Of a stretch of 64,000 bases of DNA, positions 1 through 10,688 are shown piece after piece. The stretch comes from Candidatus Parcubacteria bacterium (GTDB taxonomy: Bacteria > Patescibacteriota > Patescibacteriia > UBA1558 > GWA2-36-10). The DNA lies in the NCBI GenBank assembly GCA_018669975.1, contig JABHSK010000001.1, forward strand, positions 24,394 to 88,393, given 5' to 3'. Position numbers and translations under genes: made by a program. Under the pieces are notes generated by a model. It did not search any database and was not told the origin of the DNA. It saw only the letters and a program-made list of their open reading frames with translations. Position 1 is the first letter of the stretch. The number at the start of each line of letters is the position of its first letter.

Positions 1-1292
1 GGTGCTTCAGATTTCTTTGATTCTGTACGCTGCAACATTGGTGTTTTAATGTATTTACTAGGGAAGTGCCAAAGACTAGCTAATTCTTCAATGTTTAAAA
101 CAAACCAATTGTGTCCAGCAATACCACTGCGATTTTTATAACCCCTCATCAAACGCTCGCGTCTTAATCTTTCACGATATTTGATAAACAGGTAATTAAT
201 TTTAGTCTTAGTACCTGGATCCGGCTTAAGAGCATTAAGATCTAGAGTATTAAACTGTTTAATAGAGCCAAATACAGAAGAAACAACTCTTGCTGCATTA
301 TATTGTTCTATTGGGGATATATAAATTAAACGAATTTTGACATCAAAACCAATTTTACCAGCTTTTTCTTCAATGGCTTCAATCATAGATTTTTCACCTG
401 GAGTTAGATGTAACATCATGCTAGGCATGTCATCTTTTTTATTACTAGAAGCTGACCCAGTGGCGTCTGAAAAATAAAACATGCTTTCACCTGAAGATAA
501 GAAAAGTAAATCAGTAACCGGTTTAGTAATTTTAGAAAAAAAACTTGATTTAGTAGCTACTTTTTTACCAGCAATCTTATAGGCTTCTGCCATAGATTTT
601 TTAACCCACTCAAAACCAGTTGGTTTTACCAAGAATTGTAGCCAAACTTGCTCACCTTGCTGTACTTTACTCATAGTTTCAAGCAATGATGCTAGAGGGT
701 CTTTGAACTTCTCCTCAGCAGACATATCTTCAAAGTGTCTATAAGTCTTAATTGGTAGCGCTTCCTTCATCACAGGGATGATCTCACTACCCCAAATTTT
801 ATGTGTTTCGTTTGGATATTTATCAGGAGCTGTGTGTACATAATCTTCCACCTCAGTAATCTCAGCATCAGGATATTGAGAATAAATAGAACTTTCTACC
901 AGGTCTCTATAATGACTAGGTGTGCGTATTAAAAATTGCACATACCCATCCATGCTGACAATTTCAAAGGAAAACGACAATTGAAACATACCTTGTAGAT
1001 ATATCTCTTTGTTATTTAACATGGCATGAGCGCCGGATATGGTAGCAAATAATTGCTCGACTGCCTTTGGAGTCTGTTCGGTGTCTTTAGGAACATCAAT
1101 GGCCAACATAACGAATTTATTGGTCATAAACCATTTACCCTGTTGTCTCATTAACCAAACATCATAAATACCTCTAAGTATAATCCAAGCAAAAACAAGC
1201 CAACCGCCCTTGGAAAACAAATACCAAGCTAGGACAGGAGCTCCTTGTGAAGCAGCGATAGTTAATGGTGAAAAATCAAATATAATTTCCAT
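1..1292 (-). CDS. Membrane-anchored hypothetical protein, paralog of the N-terminal domain of the VirB4/VirD4-like ATPase (runs off window start)
   Basis: Not in ORF track; hand translation from ATG 1292: MEIIFDFSPL...LAIDVPKDTEQTPKAVEQLFATISG...FSFEIVSMDGYVQFLIRTP...QYPDAEITEVEDY, matching motifs in 17765..20224. Confidence 0.75.
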   Translation of the reverse strand, partial: MEIIFDFSPLTIAASQGAPVLAWYLFSKGGWLVFAWIILRGIYDVWLMRQQGKWFMTNKFVMLAIDVPKDTEQTPKAVEQLFATISGAHAMLNNKEIYLQGMFQLSFSFEIVSMDGYVQFLIRTPSHYRDLVESSIYSQYPDAEITEVEDYVHTAPDKYPNETHKIWGSEIIPVMKEALPIKTYRHFEDMSAEEKFKDPLASLLETMSKVQQGEQVWLQFLVKPTGFEWVKKSMAEAYKIAGKKVATKSSFFSKITKPVTDLLFLSSGESMFYFSDATGSASSNKKDDMPSMMLHLTPGEKSMIEAIEEKAGKIGFDVKIRLIYISPIEQYNAARVVSSVFGSIKQFNTLDLNALKPDPGTKTKINYLFIKYRERLRRERLMRGYKNRSGIAGHNWFVLNIEELASLWHFPSKYIKTPMLQRTESKKSEA

Positions 1293-1371
1293 TACTTTTT
1301 GTAAACAGTAATTGAATATATTATACCTTTTTTTAGCATTTTTTTAAAGTCATGCATATTTATAAACTTAA

Positions 1372-1410
1372 ACAAAAACAACTCACGTATATTAGTGGGT
1401 TGTTTTTGCT
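1372..1410. terminator. Intrinsic terminator hairpin
   Basis: aaaaacaactcac...gtgggttgttttt inverted repeat just after the stop of 1430..2530. Confidence 0.6.
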
Positions 1411-1429
1411 TTGTATATTTTATATTTTA

Positions 1430-2530
1430 TTACCCTACTAAGGAATATCTTCCTTTAGGGTCTTTTTGAAAACGGTCTTTGTTCATTAGGGCTAGACCAA
1501 TAGTAGTTTCTTTGATCATGCGCTTTTTTAGAACTTCCTCAATAATTTCTTTTTTAGATAATGCTCTGTCTCCAGCGTTCAGGATTTCTACAATAACATC
1601 ACTGACTACGCCTGGTTTATAACCCCATTCTTTTAGGGCATAAATGCCGCGACCGACTAAGACATATTTTTTATCTAGAATTAATTCATTGTGTATTGTA
1701 GCCGGGAAAGCTTTACGATGATCGAATTCCATCTTATTGATAGTATCAGCGATCTCAGTAAAATGCATTGGCTTATTTTCTTTCCTTAAGACCAAATAGA
1801 TTTTATCATTCATACGCTTTGGCGTAATATCTGACCATCCGACTAAGCCCCATTCATCATATGGGTTAGCTTCTAGCTTTTTGGTGATATAGATAAAGTT
1901 TACAATTACCTTATCAGTTAAATCTTCATTGCTAGTATAAAACTCAGCAGATTCGATTTTATCTAAAAGAGTATCTAAACCTAAGGGTTCACCATGATTA
2001 TCAATCAAGCTATGTAATTGTTCAATGACATCTTCAAAAGTATTTGTAGAAGCTTCTGGTGTTTTCCAAAAACCATAAGTATGTTTTGATTCCTTAACAA
2101 AATGAAAGCGCTCTTTCAATAGTTGATTTAAGATGAACTTAATAGCTGCACGATTATGTATACTGTCTCCAGGAATGATCAAGAGTTCCTTGGTCATATT
2201 TTCCTCAGACATCATACCACCGTGCTCTGAAAGCACACCATTAGAAATATCTTCTAATTGCTTCAAATATGTTTGATCAAAATTCTTAGTGATCTTCTTC
2301 AGAGAGCTATTTTCAATCTGTCTGACTCTTTCTCTAGTGACACTGTACTTTTTACCTATATCTTCAAGCGTACGTCTTTCATTGTCACCAAGACCGTGGC
2401 GCATACGAATAATTTCCTGCTCACGTTCTGATAGAGCCTCCAAAATACTTTCCAGTATCTGATGTGGATTGAAACTCTCCAAATTTGATTGGTGTTTGGA
2501 TGTGATTACTTGGTCTAAGATTGACTCCAT
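1430..2530 (-). CDS. Sigma-70 region 4 domain fused to C-terminal HARE-HTH/RNAP-delta-like winged helices
   Basis: [36 protein letters not shown] (region 4.2); C-terminal [31 protein letters not shown]. Confidence 0.75.
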   Translation of the reverse strand: MESILDQVITSKHQSNLESFNPHQILESILEALSEREQEIIRMRHGLGDNERRTLEDIGKKYSVTRERVRQIENSSLKKITKNFDQTYLKQLEDISNGVLSEHGGMMSEENMTKELLIIPGDSIHNRAAIKFILNQLLKERFHFVKESKHTYGFWKTPEASTNTFEDVIEQLHSLIDNHGEPLGLDTLLDKIESAEFYTSNEDLTDKVIVNFIYITKKLEANPYDEWGLVGWSDITPKRMNDKIYLVLRKENKPMHFTEIADTINKMEFDHRKAFPATIHNELILDKKYVLVGRGIYALKEWGYKPGVVSDVIVEILNAGDRALSKKEIIEEVLKKRMIKETTIGLALMNKDRFQKDPKGRYSLVG

Positions 2531-2714
2531 ATGTTTATCTTATTATATTAAACACCAATAGAATAACATATTTCTTAAAAATAGTCAAGTGCTTAGGGGT
2601 CTTTCTCGAAAAATAATACCCAAAATTACTTATTTTTAGGCTAATATTAGTTAAAACAGCAGGGTTTAGAGAACCCCGCTGCTTGACAATTTATAGTGTT
2701 TTCTAGTCTGATAT

Positions 2715-3617
2715 TTACTTTTTCCTATTCCAGATAACAAGTAGTGGTGAGGCCACAAATATTGAAGAATAAGTACCAATTATAACACCCAAAATGAGGG
2801 CTAAGACAAAATTCTTGATACTCTCCCCCCCAAATATGTATATAGCTAGTAAAACAAACAAGGTAGTAATAGAGGTGTTCAATGATCTAACTATTGTTTG
2901 ATTTACACTGATATTTACTATTTCTTTAAAAGGTTTGTCTTGGTTTTTAAACAAGTTTTCACGTGTTCTGTCAAAGGTAACAATAGTATCATGAATAGAA
3001 AAACCTAAGATAGTCAACAAAGCGGTTACAAATAGACTGTCTACCTCCATTTTCATAAAGTATCCCAAAGCAGCAAAAATACCTGTAATAATTAAAATAT
3101 CATGCGTTAAGGCTATAATTGCTGAAATACCATACTTCCAAGAAGCAACTGGCTTAGATATTTTTCTAAAAGCATAGGCAATGTAGAAAACAATGAATAG
3201 GAGTACTATAATAATAGACTTAATAGCTTTAGATTTTAATTCACTACCAATAACTGGCCCAACAGATTCAAAGCGATTTTCAACTACCGTATTTTCTTCT
3301 AGACCCTCAATCTGTATTTCGCCTAATTTACTAACCACAGTCTGGTGAGTTGCTTCATCTATTTCTTCAAAACGAATGATATATTCTCTATCACCACTAG
3401 GTTGAACCTTTACAGTCTGTAAATCTACATCCGCCAAAGACTCCTCTATTTGTTGAATGCTTGGTCGTTGATTCTGGTATGAAACCTCCAATAAGCTACC
3501 ACCTGTAAAGTCTATACCTAGGCGTAAACCCCAGGTTAGTAAAGAAACGATAGCTGCTAGAACTAAAATGCCTGAAAAGGTAAACCAAACTTTTCTTTTT
3601 TCAATAATGTTATACAT
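2715..3617 (-). CDS. secF: Protein translocase subunit SecF
   Basis: LGIDFTGG, VGPVIGSEL, GFSIHDTIVTFDRTRE, RSLNTS; directly after secD. Confidence 0.97.
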   Translation of the reverse strand: MYNIIEKRKVWFTFSGILVLAAIVSLLTWGLRLGIDFTGGSLLEVSYQNQRPSIQQIEESLADVDLQTVKVQPSGDREYIIRFEEIDEATHQTVVSKLGEIQIEGLEENTVVENRFESVGPVIGSELKSKAIKSIIIVLLFIVFYIAYAFRKISKPVASWKYGISAIIALTHDILIITGIFAALGYFMKMEVDSLFVTALLTILGFSIHDTIVTFDRTRENLFKNQDKPFKEIVNISVNQTIVRSLNTSITTLFVLLAIYIFGGESIKNFVLALILGVIIGTYSSIFVASPLLVIWNRKK

Positions 3618-3621
3618 ATAT

Positions 3622-5310
3622 TTATTCTTTGTGTGTTTTATTTACTCCAAATAAGGCTAATTTGCCTTCTAATTTTTTACTAACGATCATTCTTAAGAAA
3701 GTTCTAGTAACAGTAATGGCTGAAAACATAGACATTAGAATACCGATAGCTAAGGTAATAGCAAAACCTTTAATGATGGATGTGCCAAACCAAGCCAATA
3801 TTATACAAGTAATAATAGAGGATATATTTGAGTCACGGATAGAAGGCCAAGCTCTAGTAAAACCATTTTCTATAGATGTATGTAAGCTCTTACCATTATA
3901 AAGTTCTTCTTTAGTCCTTTCAAATATCAATATATTAGCATCTACAGCCATACCAATGGATAATATGAATCCGGCTACACCGGCTAAAGTCATGGTTACA
4001 GGAATTAATTCAAAGATTGCTAAAGTTAAAATAGTGTAAATTGCTAAAGAAATCACTGATAGCAAGCCAGGTAAACGATAGAAAGCTAACATAAATAGAG
4101 CTGCTGCAATCAGTCCAATAATACCTGCTAATAAGCTTTTTTCAACAGAAGTCTCGCCTAAAGTAGCACCAACAGTCTGTTGACTGATCAATTCAATAGG
4201 CACTGGTAAAGCACCTAGATTAAGATCTTTCACTAATTGCTTAGCTTCAGTAATATTGAAGTTGCCAGAAATTTGAGCACTACCATCTTTGATTGGCTCC
4301 TGAACTACAGGACTAGACCTAAGTAGGCCATCTAAAAATATACCAATCGGCTCACCGACATGGTCAGCAGTTAATTGAGCAAATAGTTCTTTACCGTCAT
4401 CATTAAAACGCAGTAACACCAATGGTTCTTGAGTAGTATTATCAAAACTTAATTGGGCTTTTTTAATATCTTTACCACTTAAACCAGTATCATCCCAGGT
4501 TATATTCAATAAGTCAGCGTCTGGTCTTCTGAACAAGATATGAGCTGATCGTACCTCTATGACACCTGCTTCATTTATTCTTTCGTCTACTTTTTTAATA
4601 ACATGATAACCAAATTGTGACTCAATTAATTCGGATGATATTTCACCTTTAGTTAGGTTATCAAAAATAGCTTGATCAAATTCTGGTACAAATTTACCTC
4701 TTTCAGTCCAGTCTAAATCACCCCCATTAATAGCTGAAGTAGGATCCTCACTGTATTCTTGTGCTAAAGTAGTGAAATCTTCACCAGCTAAGGCTCTCTT
4801 TAGAATTTCTTGAGCAGCCTGCTCGATTTCATCTATTACTCCGAGTTCTTCAATTTCCTCAGTAATAGGCTCACCCTGCGTCCTAAAATCTAGCATTGGA
4901 GTACGATCTATCATTGCGATAGCCTCATTGGTATCTTGAACACCTGCTAACTCAACGATAATTCGGTAATTTTCACCACTATAGTTAGTCTGAATTACTG
5001 GTTCAGACACACCGTAGGCATTAACCCTTCTTTCAATAACATCTCTAAGAGCTTCAACACCATCTTTCTTTTCCTCTCCCTCTAGGGCAGACACATCAGC
5101 TTGGTAGACCAAATGGGTGCCACCTTGTAAATCCAAACCTAAATGAATGTAAAATTTACCAAACCAATCATTGGCTGCACCTAAAAAGTTTACCCTAGGT
5201 GAAACAATTAAGATGGCAAAGATGGTCAACAAAAAAATAGTGGCAAAACTGGTTCTAATTTTCCCAGCTGTGACACGTTCTTTGTTGCTTAATTTACTGT
5301 ATTTGTTCAT
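3622..5310 (-). CDS. secD: Protein translocase subunit SecD with inserted parvulin PPIase domain
   Basis: LGLDLQGG, RRVNAYGVSEP, GALPVP, GMAVDANILIFER; insert GEDFTTLAQEYSED..GGDLDW..FVPEFDQA..SQFGYHVIK. Confidence 0.95.
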   Translation of the reverse strand: MNKYSKLSNKERVTAGKIRTSFATIFLLTIFAILIVSPRVNFLGAANDWFGKFYIHLGLDLQGGTHLVYQADVSALEGEEKKDGVEALRDVIERRVNAYGVSEPVIQTNYSGENYRIIVELAGVQDTNEAIAMIDRTPMLDFRTQGEPITEEIEELGVIDEIEQAAQEILKRALAGEDFTTLAQEYSEDPTSAINGGDLDWTERGKFVPEFDQAIFDNLTKGEISSELIESQFGYHVIKKVDERINEAGVIEVRSAHILFRRPDADLLNITWDDTGLSGKDIKKAQLSFDNTTQEPLVLLRFNDDGKELFAQLTADHVGEPIGIFLDGLLRSSPVVQEPIKDGSAQISGNFNITEAKQLVKDLNLGALPVPIELISQQTVGATLGETSVEKSLLAGIIGLIAAALFMLAFYRLPGLLSVISLAIYTILTLAIFELIPVTMTLAGVAGFILSIGMAVDANILIFERTKEELYNGKSLHTSIENGFTRAWPSIRDSNISSIITCIILAWFGTSIIKGFAITLAIGILMSMFSAITVTRTFLRMIVSKKLEGKLALFGVNKTHKE

Positions 5311-5390
5311 AAGTTTTTATATATTAGGCAATGCCAGTATTTTAGCACATTAATGATATTTGGCAAGTGCTAACTGATAATAAAAACCCC

Positions 5391-6317
5391 TTATTTCAGG
5401 GGCTTTATAGATGATTTTATCCACTGATCCAAGATATCCGTAAAATCTAGTCCAGCTGCTCTAATAGCTTTGGGTAATAACGATTCCTTGGTCATGCCTG
5501 GTATAGTGTTTATTTCTAAAAAATACACCTTATTTTTAATCACGATAAAATCTGAACGACTCAAATGACGTACACCAAGTAATCTGTGCACCTGCAAAGC
5601 AAAACTTTGCAATTCTTTAGCTAAAGCTGACTTTATAGGTGCTGGACATATCTCTTCTACAAATTTAGGGTCATATTTACTCTTGTAGTCAAAAAACTTG
5701 CGCTTTGTCTTGATTTGAATCACCGGTAAGCTAGTAACTTGCTTATCGTGCTCTATAATAGGCACTGTATATTCTTCTCCTGACAAATAATCCTCTACTA
5801 AAACTTGTTTTGAGTATTTTAGTGCTTGTTTGATAAATTTATTGGCTTCTAGCTGACTCTTGGCAATATTTATACCAATGGAACTACCGCCGGCCACCGG
5901 TTTTATAACCACGGGTCTTTGGTAGTTAAATTTTTGGTCAATAGATAAAACTTTATCCTTTGCTGTCAGCAAGCCGGCGGCTTCTACTATTCGTTTAGTA
6001 AACTGTTTATTCATACCCAGGGCGTGTGCTTCTACATCTGAAAAAATAAACGGCACACCCAAAGTATTAAGAAGTCCCTGAACCTGTCCATCTTCTCCAC
6101 CAGCACCATGTAATATAGGAATAGCCAAGTGATATTCTTTATATTCTTTAAGGAAAGTATCTGTCCCCTTGGGAAAATCAAACACCTTGACGTTGTACCG
6201 CCTTCTTAGGGGGCCAATTATACCCTTGGTGGACTGAAGAGCAACAGATCTCTCGGAACTATCACCACCAGTCAATACGGCTATTTTAATATTTTTGTCA
6301 GAGCTTATTTTAGACAT
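5391..6317 (-). CDS. ddl: D-alanine--D-alanine ligase
   Basis: GGDSSER, LHGAGGEDG, GGSSIG, FDYKSKY, LEINTIPGMT. Confidence 0.93.
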   Translation of the reverse strand: MSKISSDKNIKIAVLTGGDSSERSVALQSTKGIIGPLRRRYNVKVFDFPKGTDTFLKEYKEYHLAIPILHGAGGEDGQVQGLLNTLGVPFIFSDVEAHALGMNKQFTKRIVEAAGLLTAKDKVLSIDQKFNYQRPVVIKPVAGGSSIGINIAKSQLEANKFIKQALKYSKQVLVEDYLSGEEYTVPIIEHDKQVTSLPVIQIKTKRKFFDYKSKYDPKFVEEICPAPIKSALAKELQSFALQVHRLLGVRHLSRSDFIVIKNKVYFLEINTIPGMTKESLLPKAIRAAGLDFTDILDQWIKSSIKPLK

Positions 6318-6377
6318 AGTTAAATTTAGCTAGCTTGGAGTGTCAGCCTGATTTATTTTTAGTTGTTCGAGTATATT

Positions 6378-8447
6378 TTAATTCTCTAGTTCAAAATCAT
6401 TGACTTCTTCCCAGTCATTTTCGTTTAAGACTACAATACCCTCATAAGAAATTACGTATAAGTAATCATTAAGGTAAAGGGCTCTTTCTACATTATATTT
6501 ATCTATAGCCTTAACCATTTTAATCTTGTCATCTTCATATGAGAAGACATAACCACCTTTACCGCCAGGCATAAAGAAAATTTCATGCTTAGTGTCTAAT
6601 AAAAATGCATGATGATCATATAAAACGTCTGAACTATAGTCACTGAGTGTATATTTATCTATTTCTTTGGGGTCACTTGGGTCAGATACATCAAAATAGG
6701 AAATTTTTACATTGCCACCCTCTTTGCCGATACCCAAAATTTTATCTTTAGTTATTGGATGTAAATATGAAGAATATCCAGGGATTTTAAGTTCGCCTGT
6801 TTTCTTTGGATTTTTTGGATCGGACAAATCTAAAACATAAAAAGGATCTGTACGCCTGAAAGTAACTAAATACCCTTTATCTTGAACAAAGCGGGCAGAA
6901 TAGATTTTTTCAGTTAATCCCATATCAATCACTTCACCAGTAATTTTCATATCTTTATTGAGAACATAGACATCGTTAGCGTTTTCCTGACTAGAAAATC
7001 CCCCAGTATCTCCGACGGTAGTGGCAATTCTTAAATGCCCCTCATACTCATCTAGAGAAAACTGATTAAGTGGGTGTCCTGGAACAAGCCCATTGGCTTT
7101 TATATCTAAATCATCTATGTCGATACGGACAATTTCAGTAGCAAAGAAATCTCTTTTGTGGTTATCAAAATAATCTGTCATACGATTTTCCATTTCATTT
7201 TCTATGCGTAGAGCTTCATCGTTATCAAGAGAACCCAACCACTCTTCTACCAAGATTCCCATTTCCATCATCTTACTTTCATTACTTATGTCATAAGAAG
7301 ATATTTTTTCTAGACGTTGATAAATACTAACGGGCATCAAATCTTTAGATCCCTCTCTGAAAAAACCCATTGCAATATCAAAATAGCTAGCGTCGTTTTG
7401 GTAGGTTATATATAAAGAGTCAGCTGACATGTATACAACTGATGCGTATGAAGAACCAATAAATGATATTGTGTCTTTAACTTCCCCAGAATCAACCTCT
7501 AGACTCATGCTAACAAAAGTAGAATCTACTGGTAATGGCTTGTGTGGATGATAAATATCTACACAACCTATATTGACGTCTGTTAATGGAGAAATTGGAC
7601 ATGGTGAGTATCTGTTTATTCTATTTCGTGTAACTAAATAGATTTTATCGTCATAAAGACGTGCTGTTACCAAATAAGTATCGTCCTCTAGTTTAGTGGA
7701 CCATTTTTTGTCTGGTGCACTTGGATCAGATACGTCATAGGCTACTATATTTTTCCCAGAAAAAATAACTAGAGTATCTTCATGCAAAAGCATGTTCCCA
7801 GTCTCATCTATAGTTGCTTCTAACTCTAAATCAGCTGGTGGCCAAGCGTTGATAATATTTGTTTTAGGCGCCATATAATTTGGACTTGGATCACCTGGCA
7901 TACCTCTAACCATTCCATCCACCTCAATAAATATTGGCGTATCCATTGGATAATAACCTCCTTGTCTAGAAAAATATATTTCTTCACCATCAGTCTTAAC
8001 TATATCTGGTTCATCTATACCTACTACCTGAACATTGGTCTCAGAATATCGATCAACTCCTCCTCCAAAACTAGTACTTTTTGCACCTAGATTCACGGCT
8101 TGCATGTCACTCACACCCCAGTCGTCAACTGATGGTGCAGCTTCCATCACTGCTCGGCTATTCATCATACCACTACCTAGCATCAAATCATCTGTTAAGG
8201 CTAAATAATTTTTAAACTCTTCCTCCGATTCAAAAGCTTTAATATCACTTGAATTTTGTTGGAAAACATTTTTGACAGGATTGAATATTTCTTTAATTGT
8301 GTTATTTCCACCTGGTTGATAACTATTTCTAATAATTAAAGACAGACTTACCGCAAAAACTATTATCAACAGGATAATTGATAGTGATGCGCTGCCGAAA
8401 TTACCAAAAAAATTTTTGTTTTTTTTCTTAGTAGTTTTCTTCTTCAT
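6378..8447 (-). CDS. Membrane-anchored secreted beta-propeller domain protein (COG4880-like)
   Basis: N-terminal TM; YSETNVQVVGIDEPDIVKTDG, NQFSLDEY, TFRRTDPFYVLDL, ELKIPGYSSYLHP. Confidence 0.85.
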   Translation of the reverse strand: MKKKTTKKKNKNFFGNFGSASLSIILLIIVFAVSLSLIIRNSYQPGGNNTIKEIFNPVKNVFQQNSSDIKAFESEEEFKNYLALTDDLMLGSGMMNSRAVMEAAPSVDDWGVSDMQAVNLGAKSTSFGGGVDRYSETNVQVVGIDEPDIVKTDGEEIYFSRQGGYYPMDTPIFIEVDGMVRGMPGDPSPNYMAPKTNIINAWPPADLELEATIDETGNMLLHEDTLVIFSGKNIVAYDVSDPSAPDKKWSTKLEDDTYLVTARLYDDKIYLVTRNRINRYSPCPISPLTDVNIGCVDIYHPHKPLPVDSTFVSMSLEVDSGEVKDTISFIGSSYASVVYMSADSLYITYQNDASYFDIAMGFFREGSKDLMPVSIYQRLEKISSYDISNESKMMEMGILVEEWLGSLDNDEALRIENEMENRMTDYFDNHKRDFFATEIVRIDIDDLDIKANGLVPGHPLNQFSLDEYEGHLRIATTVGDTGGFSSQENANDVYVLNKDMKITGEVIDMGLTEKIYSARFVQDKGYLVTFRRTDPFYVLDLSDPKNPKKTGELKIPGYSSYLHPITKDKILGIGKEGGNVKISYFDVSDPSDPKEIDKYTLSDYSSDVLYDHHAFLLDTKHEIFFMPGGKGGYVFSYEDDKIKMVKAIDKYNVERALYLNDYLYVISYEGIVVLNENDWEEVNDFELEN

Positions 8448-8513
8448 ATTTTTATTTTAGTTAAATTAACCTAATAATTATACCATAAAATAAAAAATAA
8501 CCCTATGGGTTAT

Positions 8514-9206
8514 TTAATTACCTCCGAAACGACGACTTCTATCATTAAACTCGTCTATGGCCTTGTCTAAGTCTTTCGTTCCAAATGATGGCCAGGTTGT
8601 TTTTGGAAAATACAGTTCACTATAAACAGATTGCCAAGTTAAAAACCCAGAAAGCCTCTGTTCACCAGAGGTACGTATAATTAATTCTGGATCTGGTAAA
8701 CCAGTTGTGTATAAATATCTTGAAAATAACTTTTCGTCCACCTTTTCTGCTTTTATATCATCCTTAATTATTTTTTTTACAGCAGTTAAAATTTCATCAC
8801 GACCACCATAACTAAGGCAAACATTTAACACACCCTTTTTCCCGTCTTTGGTTTTGTCTATAGCCCGTTGAATACCCGCTTGTAAATCTTTATCAAAATC
8901 CTCTATTCTACCTAAAATATTCAAACGGACACCTCGTTTAACTAAATCCTTAGCCTCTCTATCTACTAGCAATCTAAATAAATCCATCAAATAGGCCACT
9001 TCTTTTTTATCACGCTTCCAATTTTCTGTTGAAAAAGCATAGACTGTTAAAATCTTTATACCCCTATCAAAAGCATGCCCAGCTACTTTTTTAAGATTAT
9101 CAAAGCCCTTTTTATGTCCCTGGAAAGCAGGTAGGCCTCTTTTTTTAGCCCAACGACGATTACCATCTAATATAATACCAATATGTTGTAGTGTCTTTTC
9201 GGTCAT
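8514..9206 (-). CDS. uppS: Undecaprenyl diphosphate synthase
   Basis: HIGIILDGNRRWA, YAFSTENWKR, IRTSGEQRLSGFL, RRFGG. Confidence 0.97.
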   Translation of the reverse strand: MTEKTLQHIGIILDGNRRWAKKRGLPAFQGHKKGFDNLKKVAGHAFDRGIKILTVYAFSTENWKRDKKEVAYLMDLFRLLVDREAKDLVKRGVRLNILGRIEDFDKDLQAGIQRAIDKTKDGKKGVLNVCLSYGGRDEILTAVKKIIKDDIKAEKVDEKLFSRYLYTTGLPDPELIIRTSGEQRLSGFLTWQSVYSELYFPKTTWPSFGTKDLDKAIDEFNDRSRRFGGN

Positions 9207-9208
9207 CT

Positions 9209-9742
9209 TTATCTAAAGTCAGCTCTTAATTTAATATCACTTGGCTTGGCAGGAACTTCACCCTTGTCTTCCAAGCTAATTAAAACAATATGATATGCTA
9301 AAAATTGTTCATAAATCTCAGATTTTTCATAGATAAGTCCATAACCCAAATAACTCTGCTTTTTTAGCTTACCTAAATAGATATGGTTATCTGGATCAAT
9401 GCCGCCAGTTAACCAGGCCACATACACCTGATCTTCTGGTTGTGGTAAATCAGCAGCGATATTTAATTCATACATATCAATACCGTTGTGTTTAAGTCTC
9501 GCAGACCCAATAGTATTACTATTAATTCTACTATCTTCTACGTTAAATAGTGCTTCTTCAATAAATAATAAGTTATCAGGCACTTTTATTTTTTGATCCT
9601 CTAGTTTTGGTTGGCTATCTTCCTGATTTTTCACTATCTGGTTAGTATTATCAGTTTCTTCTGGAATATAGGTTTTCTGAAAAATAAAAAATACCCCAGC
9701 AATGGCCAAAACTATTAAAATAAGAGATAAAACATTACGCAT
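9209..9742 (-). CDS. Single-pass membrane hypothetical protein (possibly RskA-C-like extracellular domain)
   Basis: N-terminal TM; LPQPEDQVYVAWL...YLGKL...VLISLE pattern. Confidence 0.55.
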   Translation of the reverse strand: MRNVLSLILIVLAIAGVFFIFQKTYIPEETDNTNQIVKNQEDSQPKLEDQKIKVPDNLLFIEEALFNVEDSRINSNTIGSARLKHNGIDMYELNIAADLPQPEDQVYVAWLTGGIDPDNHIYLGKLKKQSYLGYGLIYEKSEIYEQFLAYHIVLISLEDKGEVPAKPSDIKLRADFR

Positions 9743-9831
9743 AATTTTGTATAAATTTTAATGTTGTTAGTATAGCAAGTTATGTATTGCTTGCCAATAA
9801 AAAAGCCCTAGTTGTGTACTAGGGCGTATAA

Positions 9832-10119
9832 TCAATCTGCAAGCCTCTCTATGCTAGCTACTCTACCAAATAATTCTCTGGTGAATAAGGCAACGGTGTT
9901 TGTTTGGAAAAAGTTTACACTCAAAGTGACGATAAACTCTTTATCTGTTAGTTTTTGCCAGTCAAGACAATCGAATATAGGTAAGAATAATAGTTTTTTT
10001 CCGTAGTAAGGTTTGTGTAAAGTCAATTTTAAGCGCGTACCAGCTTGAGTCCCAAAAAGAGTCGTAGAAATGTCATCTTCACTTTCTACCCATGTGGGTA
10101 TCAAAGTATCTCCAAACAT
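9832..10119 (-). CDS. Hypothetical protein
   Basis: AAGGAGG SD 6 nt before ATG 10119; terminator hairpin gccctagt..actagggc just downstream. Confidence 0.6.
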   Translation of the reverse strand: MFGDTLIPTWVESEDDISTTLFGTQAGTRLKLTLHKPYYGKKLLFLPIFDCLDWQKLTDKEFIVTLSVNFFQTNTVALFTRELFGRVASIERLAD

Positions 10120-10157
10120 CACTCACCTCCTTGTTGGATGTGTCTATATGCAGAATA

Positions 10158-10673
10158 TTATTTTGATTTTTTAAGAAATTTTAAAAATCCGTAAGCTATC
10201 ACACCACCCATTAAAGCAGTAGCTAATTGCGGCCAACTCATCATATTTACCACATTGGTGGCTAATTCTTTTTTGAGTAGTAAATTCACAACAACAGAGC
10301 TAGTAGCCCATAAAAATGCGAATTTTAGAACACTACCAACGCCAATTCCTAACCAATAGTTCTTTTCCCTAAGCTTATCAAAGCCTAGAACTAGAATAAC
10401 ATTACTGATAATAATAAAAGGAATTACTGGAGCTAGTATTGCTGGTAATAACCCAACTGATAAAGCAATGGTACTTGGTAATAAACAAAGTAAAATAGCA
10501 TTTTGTACTCCTAATAATGCTACCGCCATTATAAACATCGCATTGACTATTGGTCCCGTGACCCATTGCTGATGAAATAAGGGTGCTATTGTAGCTACTC
10601 CAACTAAGGCTATAAATTGTATGGAGGCAATAGTGTTAGCCTTGGTCCAAGTTAAAGTTCTTGTTAAAGCCAT
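10158..10673 (-). CDS. ECF S-component-like integral membrane protein in hydrogenase operon
   Basis: About 5-6 hydrophobic segments, QWVTGPIVNA and SWPQLATALMGG motifs; 15 nt after hydA stop. Confidence 0.65.
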   Translation of the reverse strand: MALTRTLTWTKANTIASIQFIALVGVATIAPLFHQQWVTGPIVNAMFIMAVALLGVQNAILLCLLPSTIALSVGLLPAILAPVIPFIIISNVILVLGFDKLREKNYWLGIGVGSVLKFAFLWATSSVVVNLLLKKELATNVVNMMSWPQLATALMGGVIAYGFLKFLKKSK

Positions 10674-10688
10674 ATTTATAGTAATTAA

